A DNA stretch of 61,172 bases, counting the filler. It is 6 parts of 6 records of this genome, joined end to end, with 100 filler letters (N's around TTAATTAATTAA, not from the genome) between each part and the next. Parts side by side here need not be neighbours in the genome. Positions count along the whole stretch, not along the records: positions 26,499 to 38,654 come from SRR2962707_617; positions 38,755 to 45,030 come from SRR2962707_618; positions 45,131 to 52,235 come from SRR2962707_623; 3 more parts are not named here. One strand, given 5' to 3'. The position numbers and the translations under genes are program-made. The stretch's first letter is position 1. Each line of letters starts with the position of its first letter. This document shows positions 35,164 through 46,383 of this stretch, piece by piece. The notes under the pieces were generated by a model. That model had not been told where the DNA came from. It did no database searches and saw only the letters and a list, made by a program, of their open reading frames with translations.

Positions 35164-35275
35164 GTGAATATCTCTTATATAATACATTATCAACTTATGA
35201 AAAGAAAATGTATTGAATTAAGTCTTTTTTGCGGTCTTCCTATGTAGCTATAAATTAACTCGACTGTTAGGTAAT

Positions 35276-35608
35276 CTAAAGTATAATCATCATAGCAATC
35301 ATTGATGCTGCCATAACTGCCCCTCCAAGAATTCCCCAGTGAGTCATATGATTCTGAGATATTTTTTTTTGAGAGGTAAAACGTTCTGGGTCTTTCAGAA
35401 AAACGGACCGGCATTCTTCAGAATCGAAATTATAGGTAGTTTGTCTAAACTTGGTTGTGATTGTACTGTCTGCTTCAACTACCTGACCACAGACAGGATC
35501 AACGTTTTTATCGTGTGTTGAGTGACTGGTGTGCTTCAACGACATACAAGATGTCATTGTTATCAAAAAAATCAAAGTGATTGCTAAATTTTGCCTTAAT
35601 CTATTCAT
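35276..35608 (-). CDS. YHS/TRASH domain lipoprotein with a C-terminal hydrophobic helix
   Basis: Lipobox-like MTSC; DPVCG...TYNFDSEECRSVFLKDPERF; Met-rich hydrophobic C-terminus. Confidence 0.8.
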   Translation of the reverse strand: MNRLRQNLAITLIFLITMTSCMSLKHTSHSTHDKNVDPVCGQVVEADSTITTKFRQTTYNFDSEECRSVFLKDPERFTSQKKISQNHMTHWGILGGAVMAASMIAMMIIL

Positions 35609-35784
35609 GTAACCATCTGTTTGAATGCCGGACAAAAGTGGAAAGGATTGATGTAGATAAAGCTGACGCTCGTCTTAAAATACCTTGATTTATTTCACTA
35701 TCTGGCACCAAAATATATTAAATAAAAAAGACGACTTCATAAATGTAGCAATCTGGCGAATTTGCAACCACCGATTTATTCCAA

Positions 35785-35815
35785 AATTTCATAACTCATT
35801 TCCAAAATTTTGTAA
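35785..35815 (+). promoter_or_regulatory. Candidate autoregulatory AraC operator
   Basis: AATTTCATAA-CTCATTTCCAA-AATTTTGTAA, followed after 22 nt by a degenerate -7-like element (TACATTG, 35838). Confidence 0.6.
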
Positions 35816-35863
35816 ATCCTACAAATCTAGATTTTCGTACATTGTATGTATTAAACTTCGACT

Positions 35864-36442
35864 ATGATCCCAGAAACATTGTATATAAAGAACATGGTTT
35901 GCAATCGCTGCATCCAGGTGGTTCGAGAGGAGCTTAATCGGTTAGGAATAGAAGTAGTCGACATCCAACTTGGAGAGGTGAAGCTTTCACAGAAGGTTAA
36001 CTTACTACAGCTAGATCAAATCCACGAGGTGATTATGGATCGAGGGTTTGAATTATTGGAGGATAGTAATAGCAAAATCATAGAACAGATAAAAACCTCC
36101 ATCATCGATCTTATTCATAACCCTGAAGTGGCAAGCAATCAAAACGTCTCTCACTATTTAGAGAAGAAGATCGGAAAGGACTACAGCTATCTGAGTAATT
36201 TGTTTTCATCTGTAGAGAACATTACCATAGAGCGATACCTCATTTTGCAAAAAGTGGAAAAAGTAAAAGAGCTGCTGGTGTATGATGAACTGACACTCAG
36301 TGAAATATCGTACAAATTGAATTACAGCAGTGTCCAATACCTCTCCGGTCAGTTTAGGAAAGTTACTGGTATGTCCCCTTCAGAATTCAAAAAGCTCACT
36401 ACGAAAGAAAGGCTACCACTTGATGGAGTAACTACCCAATAA
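35864..36442 (+). CDS. AraC family regulator with an N-terminal HMA-like CxxC domain
   Basis: LYIKNMVCNRCIQVV at the N-terminus; C-terminal AraC HTH pair (LTLSEISYKLNYSSVQYLSGQFRKVTGMSPSEFKK). Confidence 0.92.
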   Translation: MIPETLYIKNMVCNRCIQVVREELNRLGIEVVDIQLGEVKLSQKVNLLQLDQIHEVIMDRGFELLEDSNSKIIEQIKTSIIDLIHNPEVASNQNVSHYLEKKIGKDYSYLSNLFSSVENITIERYLILQKVEKVKELLVYDELTLSEISYKLNYSSVQYLSGQFRKVTGMSPSEFKKLTTKERLPLDGVTTQ

Positions 36443-36501
36443 TCTCATAAACCTTAACAAAAATTGCATAACACCTGCACCTAGGTTCCTTCATACCTTT
36501 G
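36441..36501 (+). promoter_or_regulatory. copA promoter: candidate operator plus Bacteroidetes -7 element
   Basis: AATCTCATAA-ACCTTAACAAA-AATTGCATAA (36441-36471) and, 22 nt later, TACCTTTG (36494-36501), a perfect TAnnTTTG. Confidence 0.65.
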
Positions 36502-36522
36502 GCTTATAAAATTTGAAGGAAT

Positions 36523-38654
36523 ATGGATGCTAATGTGAAAGATGCAGATAAAACAATAATAAGGGAGTCCTACGGAGTTTTGGGAATGACTTGTGCCTCT
36601 TGTGCTGCGAGCCTGGAGTCTTACCTGAAACAAAATGAAGGCATTCAGGAAGTATCTGTCAACTACCCAAATAAATCGGTAGCAATTGTATACAATCAGG
36701 ATACTATTACTCTCGATCACATAAAAAATAAGACTCAGGAAATAGGCTATGAGATCTTGGCTGGGGATAAAGATGAGCAGCAAGAAGCTATAGAGCAAGC
36801 TGAAGATAATAGGCTTAAAAAGCTCAGGTCAAAGCTCATAATAGCAGCAGTTCTTTCAACACCTGTTTTTATCATGGCCATGTTTTTTATGGGACAAATC
36901 CCTTACGAAAACTGGATCATGATGGTGTTCTCGGCTCCTGTTCTATTTTGGAGCGGTTCTGAATTCTTTGTGAACGCCTGGAAGAAGCTGCAGCATTTCT
37001 CCTCAAATATGGACACACTTGTCGCACTTAGTACCGGAGTGGCTTTTGTGTTCAGCTTGTTCAACACCATATACCCTCAGTTTTTCCTTAATCATGACAT
37101 TACTCCGCATGTTTACTATGAATCAGCCGTGATCATTGTAACGCTTATCCTTTTAGGCAGATACCTGGAAGAACGTGCTAAGGGCAAGACTTCATCTGCG
37201 ATCAAAAAGCTAATGGGCTTGCAACCGAAAGAGGTAGTTGTATTCAGAAATGGAGAAGAAATTTCAGTTCCTTTAAGTGATGTTCTCAAAGGTGATTTAA
37301 TCTTGCTTCGCCCAGGGGACAAAGTGCCTGTAGATGGGAAGGTAAAAAGCGGTGAATCTTATATTGACGAAAGTATGATCACCGGAGAACCTATCCCCGT
37401 AAATAAGGTAAAAGGGGAAGAAGTATTTGCCGGTACAGTAAATCAAAAGGGAAGTTTAAAGATACTGGCTAGCAAAGTTGGCGGTGAAACTCTGTTGGCC
37501 CAGATCATTCAACTCGTCAAGTCTGCCCAGGCAAGTAAGCCCCCCATCCAGAAATTGGTAGATAAAGTAGCGGGAGTATTTGTACCTGTAGTCGTAGGTC
37601 TGGCACTTCTCACTTTTTTACTGTGGTTTTTTCTTGGTCCGGATCCCTCCATCACGTATGCATTCCTTACACTCATTACCGTACTCATCATCGCCTGTCC
37701 ATGTGCATTGGGCTTAGCTACCCCTACAGCCTTAATGGTAGGTATTGGTAAAGGGGCCGAGCAGGGGATATTGATCAAGGATGCCCAGGCACTGGAAGTT
37801 GCCTACAAAACAAATGCACTGGTACTGGATAAAACAGGTACGATAACAGAAGGAAAACCAGAGGTGACAGATACCTATTGGAAAAGTGATACATCAAAAA
37901 AGCTGTTTCAAGATATACTGCTATCTGTAGAATCCAATTCGGAACATCCATTGGCGCATGCTATTGTTCAATACCTGAAAGAGGCTAAGAGTAAACCGGT
38001 TGAGATCTCAAATTTTGAAAGCATCACCGGACAGGGCGCTAAAGCCAAATACGAAGGGGAATGGTTTTTTATAGGAAATGAGGAACTAGTAAGAGACAAT
38101 GAAATTGAGTTCAGTTCCAAATTGAGAAGTCAGTCAGACAGACTGAAACAGGAGGCAAAAACAGTCGTGCTCTTTGCGGATCATAAGGAAGTGTTGGGTG
38201 TTATTGCCATAGCAGATAAAATCAAAGATTCCTCAATGCAAGCCATCAGTTCCTTGAAAAGGATGGGATTAGAAATCCATATGCTAACGGGTGACAATGA
38301 ACAAACAGCCAAAGCGATTGCTGAACAGGTTGGAATCGATAATTACAAAGCTCAGGTTAAACCTGCGGACAAAGGAGAATTCATCACTGCTTTACAAAAC
38401 AAAGGTAAGGTGGTGGCAATGGCTGGTGATGGTATTAATGACTCTCATGCGTTGGCGCAAGCTGATATTGGTATAGCGATGGGCAGTGGTACAGACATAG
38501 CTATGGAAAGTGCTGGCATTACATTGATGCACTCAGACTTACAGCAAATCACAAGAGCCATTACTCTTTCCAAGGCCACCATACGCACTATTAGGCAGAA
38601 TTTATTTTGGGCATTTATTTACAATGTGATAGCCATTCCGGTAGCTGCCGGTGC
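36523..38654 (+). CDS. copA: Copper-translocating P1B-1 type ATPase, 3' truncated by the contig edge
   Basis: HMA GMTCASC, TGEP, CPCALGLATP, DKTGT, SEHPLA, GDGIND, and YN in NLFWAFIYN. Confidence 0.93.
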
Positions 38655-38754
38655 NNNNNNNNNNNNNNNNNNNNNNNNNNNNNNNNNNNNNNNNNNNNTT
38701 AATTAATTAANNNNNNNNNNNNNNNNNNNNNNNNNNNNNNNNNNNNNNNNNNNN
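38655..38754. other. Artificial contig spacer
   Basis: 44 N + TTAATTAATTAA + 44 N. Confidence 0.99.
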
Positions 38755-38769
38755 TGCTGGTTGACCTGA

Positions 38770-38906
38770 TTCCATGATTGTGGGCTGTGTGTTTTAAAAG
38801 CACTGTGAGGCGGTGTATACAATTTCGTCAAGGTTAAATTCTGAATTCTGTAAAACCTTCCATGATTGTGGTTGTTGTTGGAAATGCACTTTGAGGCAGT
38901 ATGTAC
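38770..38906. repeat. Degenerate direct repeat, 88-bp period
   Basis: TTCCATGATTGTGG...GCACT.TGAGGC.GT.T.TAC at 38770-38820 and 38858-38906. Confidence 0.7.
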
Positions 38907-38952
38907 TATACTATTAGCGTCAGTGGTCGTTGGATTAACTGCTAAACCATGT

Positions 38953-41900
38953 CTAGCGGTTGTAGACCCGCTTTGAACTTCGTGTCTCGAATCGGATTCG
39001 CTCTTTGTCTTTCATGAGTCTCTGTGGCGCGGCAAAGCAGCAGACACTCATTATTAACTTGCAACACCGGAATGCGATTGCAACCCGCAATAGGGCATCG
39101 TACACATTGCATAAAGCCACAGTATGCACCACGTACCCGATTAAAGTTGTCTGTTTCGTAGCCATTGCTCATGATGCTTGCCTGACACAGAAGAAAAAAT
39201 AAGGGTTAGCACAAAAACGGATGACAAAGAGCAAGTCACCACTCTCCCAACGGCTTTGGATATCGATGCCTTTCAATGGCAGACGCCAGCTAGGGTATGC
39301 ATGCAGCACTCACCGCAGTGTCGTCGCTGCCATATCCGCTTCTCCGGGATCGCCGGGCCAGAGGGCCGCGAGCTCTGTCGTCACGCAACTGCGGCTGCGG
39401 GCGGCCTACCTGCCCACGTGCGGCACGTGGGCTCTCCGCTCCGTGGTAGAATGAGTCAATGTCTCGACGTGAAGTGGATAGTTTTTTACCAGCTGGCACA
39501 TGCTTTCGCCACGTGCTCTTGAAAATAGACATGTCAACTTTCCGTTGAGCCGGGCGCTTTTTCCGGCTGCCGCCGCGCGACCGAATAGTCTTATTTGATT
39601 CGTCATACTCACTGTGGTCGGAGTTGTGAATGTGGCTGCTTCTACTGCGATCTCGCCGATGCTTGGAGTGCCCAGCCTTTCGGTGACGGCTCCGCGAGTT
39701 TTCGCGGCCATGATAGAAAGTGTCGGAATCATTTCCCTCGCTGTCACTCGGGCGACGTTGACGGCGTGTAGAGCCATGGCGCCGATCTCGCGAACGTGCA
39801 CGCTGCTGCCTGCCACGGCCTTCACGGTCTTCTCGGTTGTTGCGATAACTATCCGCTTCTCTGGCTCGAGACCGTCGATGAGACTTTGTAGGCCCGCGAA
39901 CAGGCCGTTGAGCGACACCAAGATTTTCATAAAGCTGATCTAGGTCCACGTCTGACGCGTCAAGATCGTCGCTACCAGCGGACTCAATGTCGCTGCTAGT
40001 AGTACGACCTCGCCCAGGCTTCTGCCGTCGGTGGCGACCCCGCGCGCCGTGGTTATCGAGATCAGCCAATCGCAAGTCACCGACATCATCTCCATCGCTA
40101 GTCCCGGAATCAAAATTCCCACCAGCACCACTGAACCCCAGCGCTTCAACTTCTGCAAGCCCGTCGTCTGATTCAGTTCCGCCTCGGTCGCCATGCCTGC
40201 CTCTACGACCATTTCGGCGGCTTGAGCGGTTTTGACGTCTCCGCATGTTCCTACGGTCAGGAAGGGTGTCATGGCCACTCTCGTCGAGGTCAAACGTAAG
40301 ATCCTGAAGTGCTTTTTCGGCGCTTGAAAGGGCAGACGCCAAGCGAGATAGCCCACGCGGCTCGCCTTGACGCCGGTGCTTCTGATGAGATTCACCCGCT
40401 CGACGATGAGGTTGACTTTGTCGCTGCTGAACTTGCGGAGACTCGGCGCCGCGACTGTCCATGCGAACATCCGGGGCACCATTTTCGGAAGACGCAACTC
40501 GCACTCGAAGGCCAGAGGGATAGACGTACGATGTGTGGCTAGCACTGTCGTCAAGGTCTTCACCCTCCTGCGTTGTTAACGGCGTCTTCAGGGCCTGTGG
40601 CTGGGGCTCACTTTCTCGTGCTGGCAGCTGTTCCCTCTGAACTTCCGCACGTGGCAGCTCATCATTACGTTGGCTAGGGCCTTCCGGACCCGAGGCGGCG
40701 GCACCTGAGGTCTGCCCTTGGTGAAGCCGTTGCCGCACCAAGTCATCCAGCCGGCGAGATGCATCGCGGGCAGCCTGGGCGGCTCGACTGAGCTCAGAGT
40801 GAGGTGCCACAGGCGTTTGCTGCGCGTGAGGGCGGTCTTCTATCTGTCCACTGGTACTGTGATGGGTCTGGTGCCGCTGCTGCTCGGGGTTCGATCGCTG
40901 CTGCCCGAATGCGGCCACAGTGGAGTGGAATTGGGATTGAAGAAGCTGCAGCGTCTTCAACTTTTCATCACGCTCCTTCTTGAGAGCCTGCCAAAAACGA
41001 GTCAAAGGACAGATGTTTCAATGCGTATTAATGCGTGGCCTGCATCGAAAAACATTCCATCTCCGCAGAAAACAAGAAACAACACGACATCACGGCAACG
41101 TACTAGCATCCGCGCTGCGATTTCTGCATCGTCGGAGCGTACAAGCGAGTCAAACAGAAGTGAGGCGTCATCGTTTATCGTCAATGGTTTGTACGCCGAG
41201 ACATTTGTGGGAACAGGAGTCGAATCAGGCCCGGGATCAACAACAAGGAAACCGTTTGCTTCGCTCTCCGCGAGATGGTTTTCAGTGCCCATATGTGGGC
41301 GCGACCGCACCGCCTTTGCCGACGAAAGAAAAGGTGTAGTCAGTTTCAATCACCGTCAAAAACGTCCTCCTCACGCCGGGGAAAACAGAAGCAAAAGCAG
41401 CACACAACGGAAGTGGAGCTTCGGCTCAACATACCTTTTTAATTGAAGAAATCGTTGGTGCCAGGAAACTCTCGCTGCCTTTAACCGACGCCAGCTGTGG
41501 AGGTGGGCGCGGACGCTGTGCAGGTCCAGGCTTCAAAAATGCAAACGTAATATCAGATGGCTGCAAAATTCTCACACTTCTTGCCATGCGAATAAATTCA
41601 TACAAGAAGCAGTAGACAGACAGGAGGCACCAATTCCAGCATTCCGCAACACTCCTTACCATAGGTGTTGTCGGCCCATGCGGCTGCGGCTGCGCAGCAG
41701 CGGTGCTACTGTCGTTAACTTTGTGGGAAAGCGTTTGGCTGGGGCCATTCACGGGGCTGGTGGGCACTGCACTTGTGGCCCGATGTGAGGATGCTGAAAG
41801 TTGCCCTGAGCTATTTGGTTCAGGACTGGGGGAATGGTGCGTAAGCCTCGCATCGGACCAAGCACCTGCCGCTGGTTCAAACGGGAGATCGTCCACTGAA

Positions 41901-44900
41901 CCAGAAGAAATTGCTGCACTGGCATGTTTGTCATCCGCTAGCTGCTGTTCCGCTCTTTTCAACTGCTGGCTTTTTGAAAGCTGTGATTTGAGTTCTGCAA
42001 TTTCTTTTGAATATTGTTGCTCACTGTGACGCAGTTTTTCCTCGTGCTCGGCTTTCAGCCTCAGTGCCTTCCACAATTCAACAATGCACTTGTCAGCTCT
42101 TGCCAAGATGGGCACGCACATCATCAAGCAGGTTCAATGTCAGCGCAGCTCTCACCTCGATTTCGTGACGCTGCTGTGCTACCAACAATTCCAAAGCTTT
42201 TGGGCTGGAATTTGTTTGGTTTTGATGCTCTTCTTGTCGGCTTGACGCAAGGGCATCAGCAACTTGGGCCTTCAGGTATTCGATGGCCGACATGTTCGCC
42301 GTCTCTTTCAGAGCAGCCCCTTCAGAGCTGTGGAGGCTGTCTTTTAGTGCTTGACGCCTCGTGGCCACCTGCACACAGACCAGCAAGGCACGGTACGGTA
42401 CGTCGAACACGCCCAATGAGGCAATGAAAAATGCCGATGATCCAGCAGCTCCAGTTGAAGCAGGAATAAAGAGGCAAGGACCCAGACAAACCTGAGCATC
42501 TGCCCCTTGCACAGCCAGAAGCTCGCGACTTATTCCTTCTCGCTCATCTGCCGCTTCGTTGAGATCCATCTCGACGGCTTTGATCTGTTTTGCCAACTGT
42601 TCCACCCGGTTTCGTCGCTGTGCATCTTCAAAGCGCATCTATACCACAAAGTGAGCGTTTGGTTGTCACGATCAATGTTCTCGGGCAAACCAGGAGAGAC
42701 GACCGAAGGCATAGGAGCACCAGACAAGCTGCTCTCCTGTCAATACTCATGGCACGAAACGTTGGCAAAGCAACACACCTTCTCCGATGCTGCTTCAGAA
42801 GAAGGAGTGTCGGCAGCCTTCTGGGCCTCCAGCACAGATATTTCTCTGTGCAGCTCTTCGATGCGTAGCAACACAATGTTTTGTTCGGTCTTGGTTTTTT
42901 TCAATGCCGCTGCAGCAGCGGTGATGTGTTCGCTACTTTCGTGATGCAATATCGAAGGACTGGTACAGAATCGTAGGTGTTGTTAGCACAACATTTTTTT
43001 CTCCAATTGTTTCAATGTTTTGACCGTCTCGACCGTTTCAGCAACCCAGTAAGCAAAAACAAAAAGAGTTCAAGCATGGTGTACCTATTTTCGTGCCGCT
43101 GTGAGAAGTTGTGAGCCTCGGACACCGTGACTGTAAGGTCAACCAGTCTCCTTTTTTGGGACTGTTCTTGTCGATCAAGCACCTGGAATAGTGATTTTAG
43201 GGTCAATTTGCACGAGTGTTGCAGCTGACGCGCAAGCGTTGCGATCGAGGTCAACAGATGCAAGTGCCTGATCAACAAACCTCTTCAAGACGCTTTAGCC
43301 GTAGCATTTCGTGCATTTTCTGCTCCAAAAGCAAGTTTGTATCCAGATTTGCTGGCGAGAAAAAGCCCCCTGGTTCGAGAAACGCAAGTTCAGTGCTTGG
43401 ATCGCCACCAGTTCCACGACTGTGTTGTGCCACCATGTTGCGGCCAAGTTCGTTTTTCAGACGCTTGAGGTTCTCGCGCAGAACGTTTTCTCGACCCTCC
43501 ACCTACGCCATTGCAATCAAAGCACGAGCAGAGTGGGAAACGCAGCGGCTTGAGCGTACATTGTGCACTGCCACACACTGATGCAGCATAATTTACAATC
43601 TGGCTGAGCACACTACCTTGTCAAGCTTGGCTTGCAGGGCAGCTTTGCTTTTGGCTGAAACCTCCGCGACACTGTCGAGTTCTTTCAGCTCTTGCTGCAA
43701 GGCGGTAGCACTGTTCTCAACATTTTTGTCAAAAGGATTATTGCCTCCAGAATCATTGCTGGAATCCTCAATGTCCTGCAACCGCAGAAAAGCATCTTGA
43801 TCAATGGGTGTGCCCATGGCGCTACTTCCATCCGTGGGACGGTCCGGATCATCGAGGTTGCTGGTTCTCGATGAGCCTGCGTGTAAGCGTTTTGGAGTCG
43901 CTTCTGTGGAGCCACTGAAATCAACACGGTCTGACGCGCGGTCTAGCTTGAGAAACGCAAGCTCTTGCTCAACCATGCTCAGCTTGGCCTACGTTGCAAA
44001 TTCGTGAAAATTGAAAGCGAGTGCCTGACAATGCTCCTCAGGAACTCGACCACAGAACAATGAGCATACGCCATACCGAGACATCCGCAAATTCCTCGCC
44101 TTGCCGTTTGAGCAATTCTGATTTTTTTGTCAACTCTTCCTTGAGCTCTGCTACAGCTGGCGCGCCCGCACTCTTGGATTTGCGAGTCCCCTTCTCGCTC
44201 CGATCGCCAACCTTGTCAGCGTGTCGCCGATTGAAATCCGCGAGAAGTTTCCTCTCGCTGGGTTCAATCCGAATTCCTTCAAGTTCTTCAAGTTGCTTCA
44301 AGTGAAATATTGTAAAGTACCGAATGTTTTCGGAGACGCTAAACATGTTGCCCTGCCAAGATCAGTTTCATTCCAAACAAAACCAAGAACGGCCAGTTAG
44401 ATCACGCACAAAAACATCAATGAGTGTCTGCCTTGAATTGACCAAGCACAACTATCGAAGCTACCTTAATCCACAAGTGCCGAAGATGAGTTAGGGACTT
44501 GAGGTGCTTAATGTCGGGGAGATTGTGCAGGCGATTCCCACTGAGCTCCAGCGACACCAAAGCCGCCAACAGAGACACATTGCGCGGGATCTTGCTAAGA
44601 AAATTCCCACTGAGATTCAGGTGCGTGAGTTGGTTGTTGTCCATCAGACGGAGCGGGAAAATCCGCAGTGAGTTCCGTGAAAGGTCCAGGCTACGAAGCT
44701 GCGCGCACTTCTCAAGATGCTGCACAGAGGTCAGCTTATTGCCGCTGAGATCCAGGATCTTGAGGTTCACATACTTCTGCAGCACAGACGGGACAATTGT
44801 GAGCCGGTTAGCAGTCGGGGAAGCCCCCGCTGCCGGCGCTCCCGCAGTAGAAGCGGCACTACTGTGGTGCCCATGAGGAATAGGATTGGAACTTGCCGGC

Positions 44901-45022
44901 GCCTTAAGGCGGAGTCGGTCACCAGACAAGTCCAGCTGGAGCACTTTTGCAGCTTCATCTGCTCTGGCAAGGTACAGCCGAGATTCAGGTGACTGGGTCG
45001 TCACCTTACGCACGGAAGACAT
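38953..45022 (-). CDS. Centriolin (CEP110/CNTRL)-like LRR + coiled-coil protein; multi-exon, 3' end approximate
   Basis: SDS22-type LRRs, then LRR cap GN...FTIFHLKQLEELEG, then ELKEELTKKSELLK...EQELAFLKLD. This parallels centriolin FTIFHLRSLESLEG and KNELLKQ...EQELAFYKID (recalled, not aligned). GT-AG introns at 44353-44464, 43989-44076, 43503-43616, 43183-43280, 42960-43084. Long coiled coil and an R/S/D-rich tail. Confidence 0.75.
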
Positions 45023-45030
45023 CCCAGCCA

Positions 45031-45130
45031 NNNNNNNNNNNNNNNNNNNNNNNNNNNNNNNNNNNNNNNNNNNNTTAATTAATTAANNNNNNNNNNNNNN
45101 NNNNNNNNNNNNNNNNNNNNNNNNNNNNNN
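45031..45130. other. Artificial contig spacer
   Basis: 44 N + TTAATTAATTAA + 44 N. Confidence 0.99.
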
Positions 45131-45748
45131 GTACCTCGAGGCGTCTCCCTCAAAAGCGGGCGCTATTTTGATTCCGGGGGTATCCCTTGTCAACCCTTGC
45201 TCGGAAAAAATCTCTTTGGTGCTTATATCGCAAGGTGGTTTTATAACCAGAAACCAGTCTTCTGGTGGGTTGGCGTCGGTGAGTCGTTCGCCCACGCCTT
45301 CGCCCCAGGCTGCATGTCCGCGAACGAATACGGGCACATCGGCACCCAGGGACAGGCCCAGCTCTGCCAACTCGTCCAGGGAGCGGTTCAGGCCCCACAG
45401 GCGGTTCAGCCCCACCAGTGTGGTGGCGGCATTGGAGCTGCCACCACCCAGGCCACCGCCCATGGGCAACTGCTTGTCGACTGCAATACTGACACCGGGA
45501 GTCGTATGACCTGCGGTTGCCGCCAGTTGTCGCGCAGCACGGACAATCAGGTTTTCCTCGTCGGGCACCCCGGGCAGGGGTTGCTCAAGGACGATTCTGC
45601 CATCGGTGCGTGCGGTCAGGGTCAGGGTGTCGCCATAATTCAGAAACTGAAACAGGGTTTGCAGTTCATGGTAGCCATCCGGTCGGCGCCCGAGAATATG
45701 CAGGAAGAGGTTCAGTTTTGCCGGGGAGGGCAGAACCAGGCTGTTCAC
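45131..45748 (-). CDS. ispE: 4-diphosphocytidyl-2-C-methyl-D-erythritol kinase, 3' truncated
   Basis: [10 protein letters not shown]...[14 protein letters not shown] motif [22 protein letters not shown]. Confidence 0.96.
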
Positions 45749-46383
45749 CGGCTGTCTCCATCGGTCTGGTTCCAGCTGGTAACCACCACCCTCACGCGCT
45801 TCTCGCCCTTGACCGCCGTGATACGGGCGGGCAGATGAGGGTAGCCCTCTATGAATGCTTGCCAGCGGTCGTAGCGGATCTCCCAGCCCAGTTGGCGTAT
45901 GACGGCCAGTTGACCCTTGTCGTCGAAGAACAGCCGGAAGTCCCCGTCAGGGCCGGGCAGGCCCCGTATCCACCAGGCCAGGCTGTCAATGGGGAGCAGC
46001 CAGCCGGTGGCGGCGTTGACCAGGGACTCCGGGTCGCCGGACTGGTAGCGCTCGCCGTTGGGAAGAGTGAGTTCGATGAACCCGGGAACGCCTTCAAGGG
46101 TAGTGCGGCCCATACCGAGGAACGATGATGACAGCGCCAGTTCGTACGTTTCCCGGTCCTGTTTCCAGTAGTTGATGACGGCGGTGCCGCTGTCCGAGGG
46201 CTGGCGAACGGCGAGTTTGCCGGTCAGTTCCCAGTGCTGAAGCTGGTCAAGTCGGGCACTGGTCTTGCGCCAGTCGGCCGGTGGCTGTTCAGTCAGGCCT
46301 TGGGGAAGTGGTTCAACTGTCAGTGAGCTACAGCCGCTCAGAACCAGGGCGGCGAACGTCAGCGCGATAACCGATAATTTCAC
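45745..46383 (-). CDS. lolB: Outer membrane lipoprotein receptor LolB
   Basis: Lipobox [37 protein letters not shown]; lies between the TPR gene and ispE. Confidence 0.92.
   Translation of the reverse strand: MKLSVIALTFAALVLSGCSSLTVEPLPQGLTEQPPADWRKTSARLDQLQHWELTGKLAVRQPSDSGTAVINYWKQDRETYELALSSSFLGMGRTTLEGVPGFIELTLPNGERYQSGDPESLVNAATGWLLPIDSLAWWIRGLPGPDGDFRLFFDDKGQLAVIRQLGWEIRYDRWQAFIEGYPHLPARITAVKGEKRVRVVVTSWNQTDGDSR

Noticed and set aside
35011-35867. Short ORFs 35011-35193, 35190-35414 and 35685-35867
   Set aside because: They overlap promoter/operator sequence or the YHS gene and have no recognisable motifs
26399-38754. Bacterial copper island horizontally transferred into a eukaryotic genome
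   Set aside because: The adjacency exists only through artificial spacers, and genes are cut at the contig edges
38755-38770. CTGGTTGACCTG resembling the 18S rRNA 5' end
   Set aside because: Imperfect match of about 12 nt with no continuation into rRNA sequence
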